From Octopus vulgaris (lineage: Eukaryota), in assembly GCA_951406725.2 (NCBI GenBank), contig OX597815.1, positions 151,404,001-151,468,000 of the forward strand: a stretch of DNA of 64,000 bases, given 5' to 3'. Under the pieces are notes generated by a model. That model saw only the letters and a program-made list of their open reading frames with translations, was not told where the DNA came from and searched no databases. How positions within the stretch are numbered: position 1 is the first letter of the stretch; each line of letters opens with the position of its first letter. This document shows positions 12,801-25,540 of this stretch, one piece after another. The position numbers and the translations under genes were made by a program.

Positions 12801-13860
12801 AATATATATACGAGGAGGGGATGAAAAAGTTTCTAGCTTTAAAGGCATCAGAAAAGGTCTGGTTGGAGGCCTAACCATCTGAGTTTTTTTCCCAGGGTTT
12901 AGAAAGACTAAAAGGACCACTGCCATAGGTGGGATATTGGAAGCTTAGAAGCAAACCTATAAAGCCAGAGGAGGAGGTTGCGCAAGACCCATGTGGTTAA
13001 AAAAGCACGCTTTTTACCACACAGCCACACCTATGCCTAGCTGGCCGGATGGTGGTGGTGGTGGTGGTGGTGGTGGTAATGGTGGTGATGATGGTGGTGA
13101 TGATGGTGGTGATGATGGTGATGGCAACAACCGTCATGTATATATAAGTAACAGTTTGCATGCAATAATGTTTGTTTTAAAAGTAAAGGTTCTGTTTTTT
13201 TTAGAACTTGTACCAATTTTTGGTTTTTTTATATTTTCCCCAACTCATTTAAACTGCCAAGAATTATGAACAATCACTAGATTTTTGGGTCAAGTAATAT
13301 ATTTATCTATGAACAACGAAATGGAAATACTTATCTCCTAGCAGCTACACTGATAACAATAAATAATTTAGGACAACCTCATATCGATTATTTCAGACAA
13401 ATCTTAGGGAAATTCCACAGTAACTTGAGCCAAAAAAGAAATAGTTTATAGTTTGCTTATAATTTACAACATTTAAGCAGTCCTTAATTTAACAATGACT
13501 TAATGCTTGTCGACTTTCTTCGTCGTCGTCGTCGTCGTCATCATCATCATCATCATCATCACCACCATCACCATCATTACCACCACCACTACTATCATCA
13601 TCATCACCATCATCATATAAGATACACTGGTTTAATATATTAAATTTTGAAGAGATATTTCTTCAATGAATATATTATATAGAATATCGTAAAATATCAA
13701 ACATTTTTATCGAGTTAGAAAACAGAGAGATGTAATGAATAGAGAATATTTTATTGATTAATCAACATATTCACCAACAGTTGTTTCATTTCACAAACAA
13801 AATTAATGTGTCCATTAGATTTCTCTGTTTTCTAACCCGATATATATATATGTGTATATA

Positions 13861-13914
<54 letters not shown>

Positions 13915-14017
13915 TTCAGTAAAAATTTAGATTCAGATGAATATGGCACTTAAGTTGAAGGCACTAGAATTTAGTATGGTATTATCCATCAATTTAAAAT
14001 AAGGTAATTATAATCAC

Positions 14018-14268
14018 AATAAGCAACAAGGATATCCATAGGTATTGCAGTACGATCGTTTCATGCAACTCCATTTATTTGAACAATGCAAACATAGCAT
14101 CAATTTAAAATGTAGAGCAATCTTCAGCTGCACAAAAATATAGAATTTAATAAAATTCAAAGGACTCATTAGTATAATAGTATTGATGCAGTGTTTGCAT
14201 TGTTCAATTAAATGGAATCACATGAAACGATTGTACTGCATTACCTATGGATATCCTTGTTGCTTATT
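14018..14268. mobile_element. Penelope-like fold-back element
   Basis: Inverted arms 14018-14104/14182-14268 between (AT)n tracts; hammerhead on minus strand. Confidence 0.75.
14046..14132 (-). ncRNA. Minimal type I hammerhead ribozyme motif
   Basis: Minus: TGCAG-CTGAAGA-[TTGC...GCAT]-GAAAC-GATC-GTA-CTGCA; perfect 5-bp stem I, palindromic ACGATCGT stem III. Confidence 0.75.
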
Positions 14269-14330
14269 TTGATATATATACGTATATACATATATATATA
14301 TATATGTATATATGTATATATCTATATCTA

Positions 14331-14457
<127 letters not shown>

Positions 14458-14855
14458 ATATGTATATGTATAAGCACCATTGGATCTCACACACAAGGTA
14501 CAGGAAATTTATATATACACCATTCTGCTTAATGGAACTGCAGATACAATATCCTTACGTATGTCATGTCTGTTTTCATTCCTCCACTTCACTCTGTATT
14601 TCGTATCTTCTCTACAACAACTATTACTTAAACATTTTCTTGCACCGTCTCTGATGAAATGTTACATAAAATCTCCTGGAAATAGCTGGAAGATCTTTTC
14701 TTTATAAATGTCCTGAAAACTTTCATGCCCTTGGATTTTTTTATTTCATTCTGTTAATTTATATATATATATATATGTATACACACACATATATTATAAA
14801 TAGAAATATCATTATTTTTAATTCTCTCTAAAGGCAACTACAGCAGCGGTACTGG

Positions 14856-15144
14856 ATATTAATAGTTATCACCAAGCTAACATGGCAGTCCTGAAAAATA
14901 GGACAAATGCTGAAAAATAGGATGGCTACTCCACATTGATAAGAGGCAAACACCTCAAAACGTGTCTGTGGATGCCAGACCAGCAAGGGGAAGCTGCTGA
15001 TCTCCCCTGATTGAAGGTTATAATGGACACAGGTTTGTGTGTCACATAGCTAGCTAGAGGCAATGGCCTCTTGGAGCTAATCAACGGCAGCATTCGTCCT
15101 ATTTTTCTGGACTGCCATGTTAGCTTGGTGATAACTATTAATAT
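14856..15144 (+). mobile_element. Penelope-like fold-back element with decayed hammerhead
   Basis: 57-bp inverted ends 14856-14912/15088-15144; TCCACA-tTGATaA-GAGG-caaaca-CCTC-aAAAC-GT-GTC-TGTGGA at 14930-14972. Confidence 0.7.
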
Positions 15145-15179
15145 ACATATATTATATATGAATTTTTTGCGTAATGAGA

Positions 15180-15315
15180 TAAAAAAAACCCAAGGCTGTA
15201 TAGATATTAGAGCATTTATAGATAGAAGGTCCTACAGCTGTTTCTAGAATATCAATTAATGATAATATCCCTTCATCGGAGATGGTGTTAGAGGAAAAAT
15301 TAAGTCAAAGTTATT
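15180..15315 (-). mobile_element. Penelope-like pseudo-LTR fragment with variant hammerhead (sister copy 14610-14745 on +)
   Basis: Minus 15230-15282: TCT-CCGATGA-A[GGGATAT...ATATTCT]A-GAAAC-AGCT-GTA-GGA. Confidence 0.6.
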
Positions 15316-15356
15316 ATCTCTTATAACCTATACATATATTATACATACATACATAT

Positions 15357-15445
<89 letters not shown>

Positions 15446-15454
15446 CCATGATAG

Positions 15455-15640
15455 ATGGTTAGCCACTACACATTTTTTTTTTCTCTCCTGGTTTTTTTTT
15501 CTGTGCCCCTTTCTGTAGAAGAGCATAGGCTTGAAACGTAAAAGACTTTTTCTATTCCTGAGCGTTATACTAATACATCTGTTTGTTTTGTACACCACCT
15601 GTCTTCGTCTTTTGTTTTTTTTGCGTAAACTCTCCATATA
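15455..15640 (+). mobile_element. Penelope-like pseudo-LTR fragment with variant hammerhead
   Basis: 15509-15544: CTTT-CTGTAGA-A-GAGC-atag-GCTT-GAAAC-GTA-AAAG, then T-rich tail. Confidence 0.55.
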
Positions 15641-15649
15641 TAGTACTTT

Positions 15650-16099
15650 TATGACCTGTTGAGGCAAGTGAAAATCAAACCAAATCAAAATAGATGAACA
15701 TCAATGGAATTTGTATCTTTGTGGTACCAGTGCCGGTGGCACACAAGAAAACCATCCGAACGTGGCCGTAGCCAGTACCGCATCGACTGGCCTCCGTGCT
15801 GTGGGCACGTAACAAACACCATCCGATCGTGGCCGTTCGCCAGCCTCATCTGGTACTTGTGTCGGTGGCACATAAAAACACCATCCGAGCGTGGCCGTCT
15901 GCCAGCCTCGTCTGGCACCTGTGTCGGTGGCACATAAAATCACCCACTACACTCTCGGAGTGGTTGGCGTTAGGAAGGGCATCCAGCTGTAGAAACACTG
16001 CCAGATCTGACTGGCTTGGTGCAGCCTTCGGGCTCCCCAGACTCCAGTTGAACCGTCCAGCCCATGCTAGCATGGAAAGCGGACGTTAAATGAGGATGA

Positions 16100-16103
<4 letters not shown>
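15650..16103 (+). mobile_element. RTE 3'-UTR copy with four ~60-bp units
   Basis: Matches 28300-28750. Confidence 0.9.
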
Positions 16104-16159
<56 letters not shown>

Positions 16160-16162
16160 TCA

Positions 16163-16577
16163 TTTACTCTTTTACTCTTTTACTTGTTTCAGTCATTTGA
16201 CTGCAGCCATGCTGGAGCACCGCCTTTAGTCGAGCAAATCGACCCCGGGTCTTATTCTTTGTAAGCCCAGTACTTATTCTATTGGTCTATTTTGCCGAAC
16301 CGCTAAGTGACGGGGACGTAAACACACCAGCATCGGTTGTCAAGCAATGCTAGGGGGACAAACACAGACACACAAACACATACACGCACATATATATATA
16401 TATACATATATACGACAGGCTTCTTTCAGTTTCCGTCTACCAAATCCACTCACAAGGCATTGGTCGGCCCGGGGCTATAGCAGAAGACACTTGCCCAAGA
16501 TGCCACGCAATGGGACTGAACCCGGAACCATGTGGCTGGTTAGCAAGCTACTTACCACACAGCCACTCCTGCGCCTA
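16163..16577 (-). mobile_element. SINE family A, young full-length copy
   Basis: Near-consensus, in (AT)n. Confidence 0.9.
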
Positions 16578-16844
16578 TATATATAATATATATAATATAT
16601 ATACATATAAATGTGTGTGCGTGTGTATAGAGAGAGACAACTGGACTCTCAAAAGTGAAAAGTACTAATACGGTAAAACACACCAATCAAGAACATTAGG
16701 ACATAAATATGCAAATAACATCTAGAATCATCAATGGATAATAGAGCAAAACTGGTGCCCACTTGGATGACATATGTCTACAAAAGAGAACCTCTTTATG
16801 AAGAAAAGGTTTTTTGAATACAGACGTATGTATATTATATTATA

Positions 16845-16945
<101 letters not shown>

Positions 16946-16949
16946 ATAT

Positions 16950-17286
16950 AGGCTTAGGAGTGGTTGTGTGGTAAGTAACTTGCTTACCAACCACATGGTT
17001 CCAGGTTCAGTCTCACTGCATGGCACCTTGGGCAAGTGTCTTCTACTGTAGCCTTGGGCTGACCAAAGCCTTACTCTTTTACTCTTTTACTTGTTTCAGT
17101 CATTTGACTGCAGCCATGCTGGAGCACCACCTTTAATCGAGCAACTCGACTCCGGAACTTATTCTTTGTAAGCCCAGTACTTATTCTATTGGTCTCTTTT
17201 GCCGAACCGCTAAGTGACGGGGACATAAACACACTAGCATCAGTTGTCAAGCAATGCTAGGGGGACAAACACAGACACACAAACAC

Positions 17287-17363
<77 letters not shown>

Positions 17364-17589
17364 CGACGGGCTTCTTTCAGTTTCCGTCTACCAAATCCAC
17401 TCACAAGGGTTTGGTCAGCCCGAGGCTATAGTAGAAGACACTTGCCCAAGGTGCCACGCAGTGGGACTGAATTCGGAACCATGTGGCTGGTAAATAAGCT
17501 ACTTACCACACAGCCACTCCTGCGCATAAAGCCTTGTGAGTGGATTTTATAGATGGAAACTGAAAGAAGCCTGTCGTATATTTATATAT

Positions 17590-17622
<33 letters not shown>

Positions 17623-17840
17623 CATGTATGTATGTATATATTTGTGTCTCTGTTTGCTCCCAGCCAACATTGCTTGACAACCGATGCTGGTGTTTTTATG
17701 TCCCTACAACTTAGCAGTTCAGCAAAAGAGACCAATAGAATAAGTACTAGGCTTACAAAGAATAAGTCCTGGAGTTGATTTTCTCAACTAAAGGCGGTAC
17801 TCCAGCATGGCTGCAGTTAAACAAGTAAAAGAATAAAAGA
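16950..17840 (+). mobile_element. SINE family A interrupted by an inverted family A copy (17073-17527)
   Basis: AAAGCCTT duplicated at 17065-17072 and 17528-17535. Confidence 0.9.
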
Positions 17841-17869
17841 ATATATATATGTATAAATACAAAGTGGCT

Positions 17870-18172
17870 GAGTGCCTTTTGAGGGTTGGGCCTCACAGAA
17901 GCAATGACTGAGACCTTTGCTGTGCTTGAGAAGAAAACTATTCAAGCCAAAAAAAATCAGTTGTGGAAGATAACAGTGTCATGCAAATGGTACCCATGCT
18001 GGTGGCATGTAAAAGCACCCCTTACACTCTCAGAGTGGTTGGTGTTAGGAAGGGCATCTAGCCATAGAAAACCATCCCAAATTAGACTGGGGTCTGGTGC
18101 AGCCTTCTAGCTTACCAGCCATGGTCAAACTGTCCAACCCATGCTAGCATAAGCAACAGATGATGATGATGA
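17870..18172 (+). mobile_element. RTE 3'-end copy
   Basis: GGTGGCATGTAAAAGCACCC...AGGAAGGGCATC...(GAT)n. Confidence 0.8.
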
Positions 18173-19015
18173 TATATATGTATGTGTGTGTGTATATATA
18201 TATATGTGTGTGTGTTTGTGTGTGTGTATATATATATGTATATATATATGGTATATGTATGTATATATATGTATGTATATGTATGCATATATATGTATAT
18301 GTATGTATATATGTGTGTGTATATATGTATGTATATGCATGATATGTATGTAGATGAATGTATACGTATGTATATATATGTATGTATATGTATGTATATA
18401 TATATGTTTGTGTGTATATATATATATGTATGTGTATATGTGTGTGTATGTATGTATGTATGTATGTATATCATTTATTGTACACAGTATAAATATATGA
18501 GCCACTCATAGTTTCTTACTGTGAAGACATGTATAGCCAGGTTTTTATAACACGCATTGTGTCTCCAAGCAATCCTCGGCTCTGAGCAAATATGGCTGTG
18601 TGACTAAGAAGTTTGTTTCCCAATCATGTGATTCCATGTTCAGTCTGCTGTGCAGCCCCATGGCTCAAGTGTCTTCTACTACAGCACCAAAGCCTTGAGA
18701 GTGAATTTGGAAAACAGAGGCCGAGAGTCATCTTGGTTTTTGTCTTTCATATTGTTAAATCATTGGCAACATAGTTGTATGTCACTGAGTCAAATTTATA
18801 ACATGTCTAATTCTTGTATTTTTGGAAACTATTATATTTTTTGCTGACTATACCTTGATGGTTTTTCCTGGCAGTTGATTAATCTACATCTGGGGTTTCC
18901 TATAAAGTTATCAGTATGACCTTAAGCCTCAGATTAAAACACATGATATTTTAAAACGTGTGATGAAATACATCACCTTATCAATTGCTATATTCAGATC
19001 TGGTTTAAGATTTTT

Positions 19016-19178
19016 CAGAGCCTTTGTACTACAAGTATTCTAAGATCCTTGTACTGCAACTAATGAAAGTACCCTGTATTACAAGTATTGTAAAGCCCCT
19101 GTGTTACAAGCATTGTAAGGCTCCTGTGTTACAAGTATTGCAAAGCCTCTGTGTTACAAGTATTGTAAGGTCCCTGTG
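19016..19178. repeat. 25-bp minisatellite, ~6.5 units
   Basis: Unit ~TAAAGCCCCTGTGTTACAAGTATTG. Confidence 0.85.
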
Positions 19179-19319
19179 CCAATATATTTTTCTATCCAGT
19201 ACAATATTCTTTGGTTACACTCACTTTGTTCACAATACCTTTGTATTATATATTTTCATCAATACTTATAGCAGTCATTTTATGAAACAGGAGAATAGAG
19301 AGATGACTGATGCAAAGAC

Positions 19320-19490
19320 ATATATACGACAGGCTTCTTTCAGTTTCTGTCTACCAAATCCACTCACAAGGCATTGGTCGGCCCGGGGCTATAGCAGAAG
19401 ACACTTGCCCAAGATGCCACGCAGTGGGACTGAACCTGGAACCATGTGGTTGGTTAGCAAGCTACTTACCACACAGCCACTCCTGCACCT
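19320..19490 (-). mobile_element. SINE family A, 5' half
   Basis: Near-identical to 16408-16577. Confidence 0.9.
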
Positions 19491-20104
19491 ATTGATGTTT
19501 TTTTTTTGCTTTTTTTTTGGTACAGCCTGGATATTTTTTTTTTTTGGATCTGGCCTGGATATTAAAAAAGTTAAGAACTACAGCCTGTATTCCTCTAGTA
19601 AAACTGTGTATTCATTACTGGTCACAAAGTTTGCTCATGCTATAGCAAACTAGTTCAGTTTGTCAATATGGTCTTCCATAGTTTTTTTTAAGTCAATGTC
19701 TTATGCTGCATAATGTATGTATGTATGTAAGTATGTGTATTATGAGAATTGAGCGAGACTGTATGTGTATGTATGTGTATGTGAGACAGAGAAACAGAGT
19801 AAAGGAAGACAGAAGGAAAACAATAAAAAAAATAGGACGATACAAACTGACATTATTTCTATACCTCACACTAATACTCCTTTTCTGTCACTCAACAGCT
19901 GCTACTTCCTTACAAATTCTGGTTTGGCAACACTTCCTTTCTTGATTCACCCCTGTTTATCGGAAAGTGGCCCTAAATCTCAGATTTTTTTCTTTTCTCT
20001 GAATATGCATTCTTCTACGTTGTATCCTTTCTTCCCCAGTAAAATATACTAAAGATATGTTGAGACTGGCTGACATTGTTTCAAAACATATAGACAATCA
20101 ATCG

Positions 20105-20161
<57 letters not shown>

Positions 20162-20207
20162 GTGGGTGTGTGAATGCGTTTATTCATCACACATAAAACG
20201 TCATATA

Positions 20208-21477
20208 CACAGACATGCAGGAAGTAAACAGACACCTTTCATTTTCAAAATGTCTGATCTAAGCATCTTAATATGTTTTCAGGGGTGTAGAATTTACAAT
20301 GTAATTATTCTTTTTCATTCCAGGTGCCATTATATTGAACATTTGTGAAGAGTAACCATGCCACACGCAAAAAATTCAGCAGAACTGTCAGAATATCAAA
20401 GTGGTCATATTGTTGGGCAACCTAAGGCTGGTCTTAGCCAGCGAAAAATTGGCTAAAATCTTCAAATTCCTCTTGTTACTATTAATAGAATTATAGTGCA
20501 ATTCAAAAGCCAAGGAAAAGAATCAATAGATTCTCGTCCCAGCTGACCTAGGCCCTCAGAAAGGAAGCATTGCTGTTTGAAGAGAATTGTGGAAAACGAA
20601 CCCCCGTTTGAAGGCTTCTGACATTGCAAAACAGCTAGAAGTTAGTCCAAGAATGTGTGTTACATAATCTTGGGTATTATGGACGAGCAGCTAGAAGAAA
20701 ACCTCTCCTTCAAATAATTAATATAACGCAAAGAAAGAAATGGGCTCAGGAGATGTCAGAACAAATCAGTTCATTTTAGGATAGAGTGATTTTCTCAGAT
20801 GAATCCAGATTTGCATTATTTTCAGACAGTGGACATGTTTGGGTCTGGAGGCTTCCCAATCAAGAATTTGATTTGAAACAACTCCTACCAACTGTGAAAC
20901 ATGATGGTATCTGTGTAATGGTATGATGAGCTGTCACCAGCAATGGTTGTTCTGAGCTGATTGAATGTGTTGGAACCATAAACTCTGAAAAATACATTGA
21001 AATACTTAAGCAAGGACTACTTCTGATGTATTCACATGATAACATAATGAGAAATGAATTTTTATTCATGGAAGATGGGGCTCCATGCTACACAATGAAA
21101 AGGAATCAACAATGGCTGACTGAGAATGGGATCAAAAATTTACCTTGGCTGAGCCAATCTTCTGACATTAACCCAATTGAAAATCTTTGGAGCATACTAG
21201 ATAGAGCTATATGAAAAACTTGACAGAAACCTAAATCTAAAGATGAATTGTTTCAATTGTTGCATGAAAAGTGGGCAGAAATTCCACAAGAGACAATCAC
21301 AAAGCTCATCAGTTCAATACCAAAAAGAGTTTCTGCATTAAAAACTGCAAAGGGAATGTCAACTAAATACTAAAGTATGTAGTCCTACCTATCGATTACA
21401 TTTCAATTGTTTGCTTTGTGTATCAAATAAAATATTTCACAAATTAAGGGTGTCTATTTACTTCTATCATGTCTGTG
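20208..21477 (+). mobile_element. Full-length decayed Tc1-like (DD34E) transposon
   Basis: ~30-bp TIRs CACAGACATG..GAAGTAAA.AGACACC with TA flanks; transposase 20358-21373 with VIFSDESRF, FMEDGAPCY, SSDINPIENLW, AKGMSTKY*; stops and frameshifts. Confidence 0.92.
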
Positions 21478-21571
21478 TATATATATGAGTATGTAAGTAA
21501 GTATGTATGTATGTATACACACACAAACGCACACACACACACACACTCACGTACAAATACACACACACACA

Positions 21572-22055
21572 GTCATCATCATCAACATCGCTGTTTAATG
21601 TCCGTTTTTCATGCTGGCATGGATTGGACGGTTTAAATGAGGGCTAGCAAGCCAGAAGGCTGCACCAGGCTTCAGTCTGATCTGGCAAAGTTTCTACAGC
21701 TGGATGCCCTGCCTAACGCCAACCACTCCGAGAGTGTAGTGGGTGCTTTTTACATGCAACCAACACAGGAGCCAGTCAGCCAGCACTGGCATTGTCTACG
21801 CTTGAATGGTGCTTTTTATGTGCCACTGGCATGGGACCAGTCAGGTAGCACTGGTATCAACCATGCTTGAATGGTGCTTTTTACATGCCACCGACACAGG
21901 TGCTATTCAGGCAATACTGTCATTGGCCATGTCAACAACTACACTTGCCTCAACATGTCTTCGCAAGCGCAGTTTATTGCCCAATAATTGAAGGGTGCTC
22001 TTAAATGGGCTGGTTATGCTACACTGGCAAAGACCACGGTTATGATCTCACTTGG
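21572..22055 (-). mobile_element. RTE 3'-UTR copy with three ~60-bp units
   Basis: Reverse complement of the RTE UTR. Confidence 0.85.
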
Positions 22056-22200
22056 CATATATATATAGCAAGTATTGAAAAGGTTGCAAGATGCAACGAA
22101 AATTTTAGGAAAATAAAAATAAGAAATAAATGGAAATTTTACCAGTGAGTGTGTTACATTATAAGGCACAAAAAAAAAATGACTCTCCCCAGACACAACA

Positions 22201-22247
<47 letters not shown>

Positions 22248-22261
22248 TATGTATATACATA

Positions 22262-22448
22262 TGCAGGTGGCACGTAAAAAACACCCACTACACTCGCGGA
22301 GTGGTTGGCGTTAGGAAGGGCATCCAGCCGTAGAAACACTGCCAGATCTGACTGGGCCTGACGAAGCCTTCCGGCTTCACAGACCCCAGTTGACCCGTCA
22401 AACCCATGCTAGCATGGAAAGCGGACGCTAAATGATGATGATGATGAT
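22262..22448 (+). mobile_element. Short RTE 3'-UTR copy
   Basis: Begins within the last GGTGGCACGTAAAAA unit; (GAT)n tail. Confidence 0.9.
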
Positions 22449-22456
22449 ATACATGC

Positions 22457-22496
<40 letters not shown>

Positions 22497-22978
22497 CATA
22501 CACACATCACCATCATCATCATCATTGTTTAACATTCACCTTTCATGCTAGCATGGGTGGGATGGTTTCACAAGAGCCATCTACACTGAAGCCTGCACTG
22601 TATGTATGTATGTATGTATGTATATATATATATATATATATACATATATTCAGGAAGTTAGATATATGTCTGCTCACACAGTGACAAATGGTTTTGCATC
22701 CATAAAACGCTTAGCTTTATAGACAACTTGTGTGACTCCAATGGCCACAGGTATATAACTGCTCTTCAAACTGGAGGTAGAAAACTGTTATGGTCAGCTA
22801 ATTTGTTAACTTGTAATTGACCTTAACATTTTTGCACTTCCAAGCACTTTACAGATGGGAAACCATTGATCACTCTGTGACCAGACACATATTTAACTTC
22901 ATGTTAATACATTACTGCTCTAACTTATAGAGTGTTGTTCTTTTTGGGATATATGAGCCACTGATGATATATATATAT

Positions 22979-23352
22979 AGGCGCAGGAGTGGCTGTGTGG
23001 TAAGTAGCTTGCTTACCAACCACAGGGTTCCGGGTTCAGTCATCTTGGGCAAGTGTCTTCTGCTATAGCCTCGGGCTGACCAATGCCTTGTGAGTGGATT
23101 TGGTAGACAGAAACTGAAAGAAGCCTGTCGTATATATGTATATATATATATATGTATGTGTGTGTATATGTTTGTCCCCCTAGCATTGCTTGACAACTGA
23201 TGCTGGTGTGTTTACGTTCCCATCACTTAGCAGTTCGGCAAAAGAGACCGATAGAATAAGGCTTACAAAGAATTAGTCCCGGGGTCGATTTGCTTGACTA
23301 AAGGCGGTGCTCCAGCATGGCCGCAGTCAAATGACTGAAACAAGTAAAAGAA
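22979..23352 (+). mobile_element. SINE family A
   Basis: GGCGCAGGAGTGGCTGTGTGGTAAG head to AAACAAGTAAAAG tail. Confidence 0.9.
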
Positions 23353-23629
23353 AAAATATATATATATATATATATATGCATGCATGTATGCATGTATTTA
23401 TGTATGTATACACATATACAAAGAATACAAATAGAAGTAAAAGAAACGAACATGGGTGTAACTTGCTATTCTTTGATTTCAATTGTTACACATATTTCAG
23501 TATGTGGCAACACATGATATATTATAGATGCAAAACCTACATGGTTTAACCCTCACACATTAAGCATATCTAATCATTTGTACTGAAAGCATATGTGTGT
23601 GTGTGTGTGTATACCTCCACACACACATA

Positions 23630-23635
23630 CATCTA

Positions 23636-23709
<74 letters not shown>

Positions 23710-23714
23710 CCTAC

Positions 23715-23788
<74 letters not shown>

Positions 23789-23810
23789 CTCTATCTATCT
23801 ATCTATATAT
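23630..23810. repeat. (TCTA)n/(TCTG)n microsatellite
   Basis: Direct reading. Confidence 0.95.
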
Positions 23811-24429
23811 ATATATTTGTTTGGTATCCTTTCTGTCTCGGGAGACATATATATATATATATATATATATCATCATCATCATCGTTTAATGTCTGCTTTC
23901 CATGCTGGCATGGGTTGGACAGTTTGACTGAGAATTGGTGAGCCAGATGGTTGCACCAGGCTCTAATCTGATCTGGCAGAGTTTCTACAGCTGGATGCCC
24001 TTCCTAACGCCAACCACTCCGTGTGTGTAGTTTGTATTATTGTGCATTGTTGTACCATTCAAAACTTTATATTCTTTACAAACAATACACAATGTTTTTG
24101 CAATACTCTCATATCTCTATGCCTGGGCCAGGCTGAGTTCACAACCGCTAGTTGATCAAGCTATCTGAGAAATGTGCAAAAATCGGATGCCAAATAAAAT
24201 TTCTTCTTCCGAAAAAGAAAAAAGAAAAGCCGTAGGAAAACTGATTATAGCAGCGACTCCATCCAAGAATATCTAAAGAAGGAATTTTATTCCAAAATAT
24301 CATATCAGACTATAGATGACTAAATTACCTGCATAGGAACCAGTCCAGCAGCACTGGCAACAACCTCACTCAAATGTTTTTTCACATGCCACCAGTATAT
24401 GAGCTAGCCAGAGGACCTGGCAACGATCA

Positions 24430-24737
24430 CACGATGGGCTTCTTTTAGTTTCCGTCTGCCAAATCCACTCAGAAGGTTTTGATCGGCTCAAGGCTATAGT
24501 AGAAGAAACTTGCCCAAGGTGCTCCGCAGTGGGACTGAACCCAGAACCATGTGGTTGGGAAGCAAGCTTCTTACCACACAGTTACTACTGCACCTATATA
24601 CCTATAAGTAAGGATAAGATCGTTATTTAAAACACCAATCATATCAAGTGGCTAGCATAGGAATAAAAACCTCATAGGTAATAATTATTAATAATAGTTT
24701 AGTAATAATTATTACCTATTTAATAATAATGATGATG

Positions 24738-24787
<50 letters not shown>

Positions 24788-24794
24788 CATAATG

Positions 24795-24848
<54 letters not shown>

Positions 24849-25018
24849 TATATGACAGGCTTCTTTCAGTTTCTGTCTACCAAATCCACTCATAAGGCTT
24901 TAGTCAGCCTCAGGCTATAGTAGAAGACACTGGCCCAAGGTGCCATGCAGTGGGACTGAACCTGGAACCATGTGGTTGGGAAGCAAGTTTCTTACCACAC
25001 AACCATGCCTGCTCCTAT
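24430..25018 (-). mobile_element. Two SINE family A 5' halves (24430-24595, 24850-25018) separated by AT-rich DNA including an (ATA)n tract
   Basis: Family A similarity; (ATA)n 24722-24846. Confidence 0.85.
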
Positions 25019-25540
25019 AGCCACTCCTGGCAACTATTTTGCAATATCCAGAAATTACATAGTGAGATTTTGTTCGTCATTATGTTCTGAATTCAATTCC
25101 CATTGAGGTCAACTTTGCTTTGTATCCTTCTTTTTTTTTTGGGGGGGGGGGGGTTAAATAAGTACCAGTTGAACACTGGGGGTGGGGAGGCCTTCGATGT
25201 AATCAACTTATCCACTCTCCTGGAATTTCTGTTCACATGCCAGAAACTTCAAACTAATATCAAAATAAATAAAAACACAAACATATACACACACAGGCAC
25301 ACACACACACACACACATAACAAAAGAAAATTATTAAATCAAAAGTTAAAGTGGTACACATGTGGGTCACCCAAAAGAGGACTCTTATGAGATAAAGGTA
25401 AGTGTGAAGCAAACATTTCAACTGATCTCACTAACTCTATAGGTTATCTGAAACCACATTTTTAATCACAGCTTGCAGCTATACAGCTATACATATATAC
25501 ATACATACATGCATGCATACATACATACATACATACATAC

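Noticed and set aside
19024-19653. 209-aa ORF
   Set aside because: Chance read-through of a 25-bp minisatellite, an antisense SINE A and T-runs
19860-20048. Pseudo-exon on the minus strand
   Set aside because: Four stops in about 58 codons is near random expectation; no recognisable protein
22979-23050. tRNA genes at SINE heads
   Set aside because: A/B boxes are present but run into SINE bodies; no complete cloverleaf recognised
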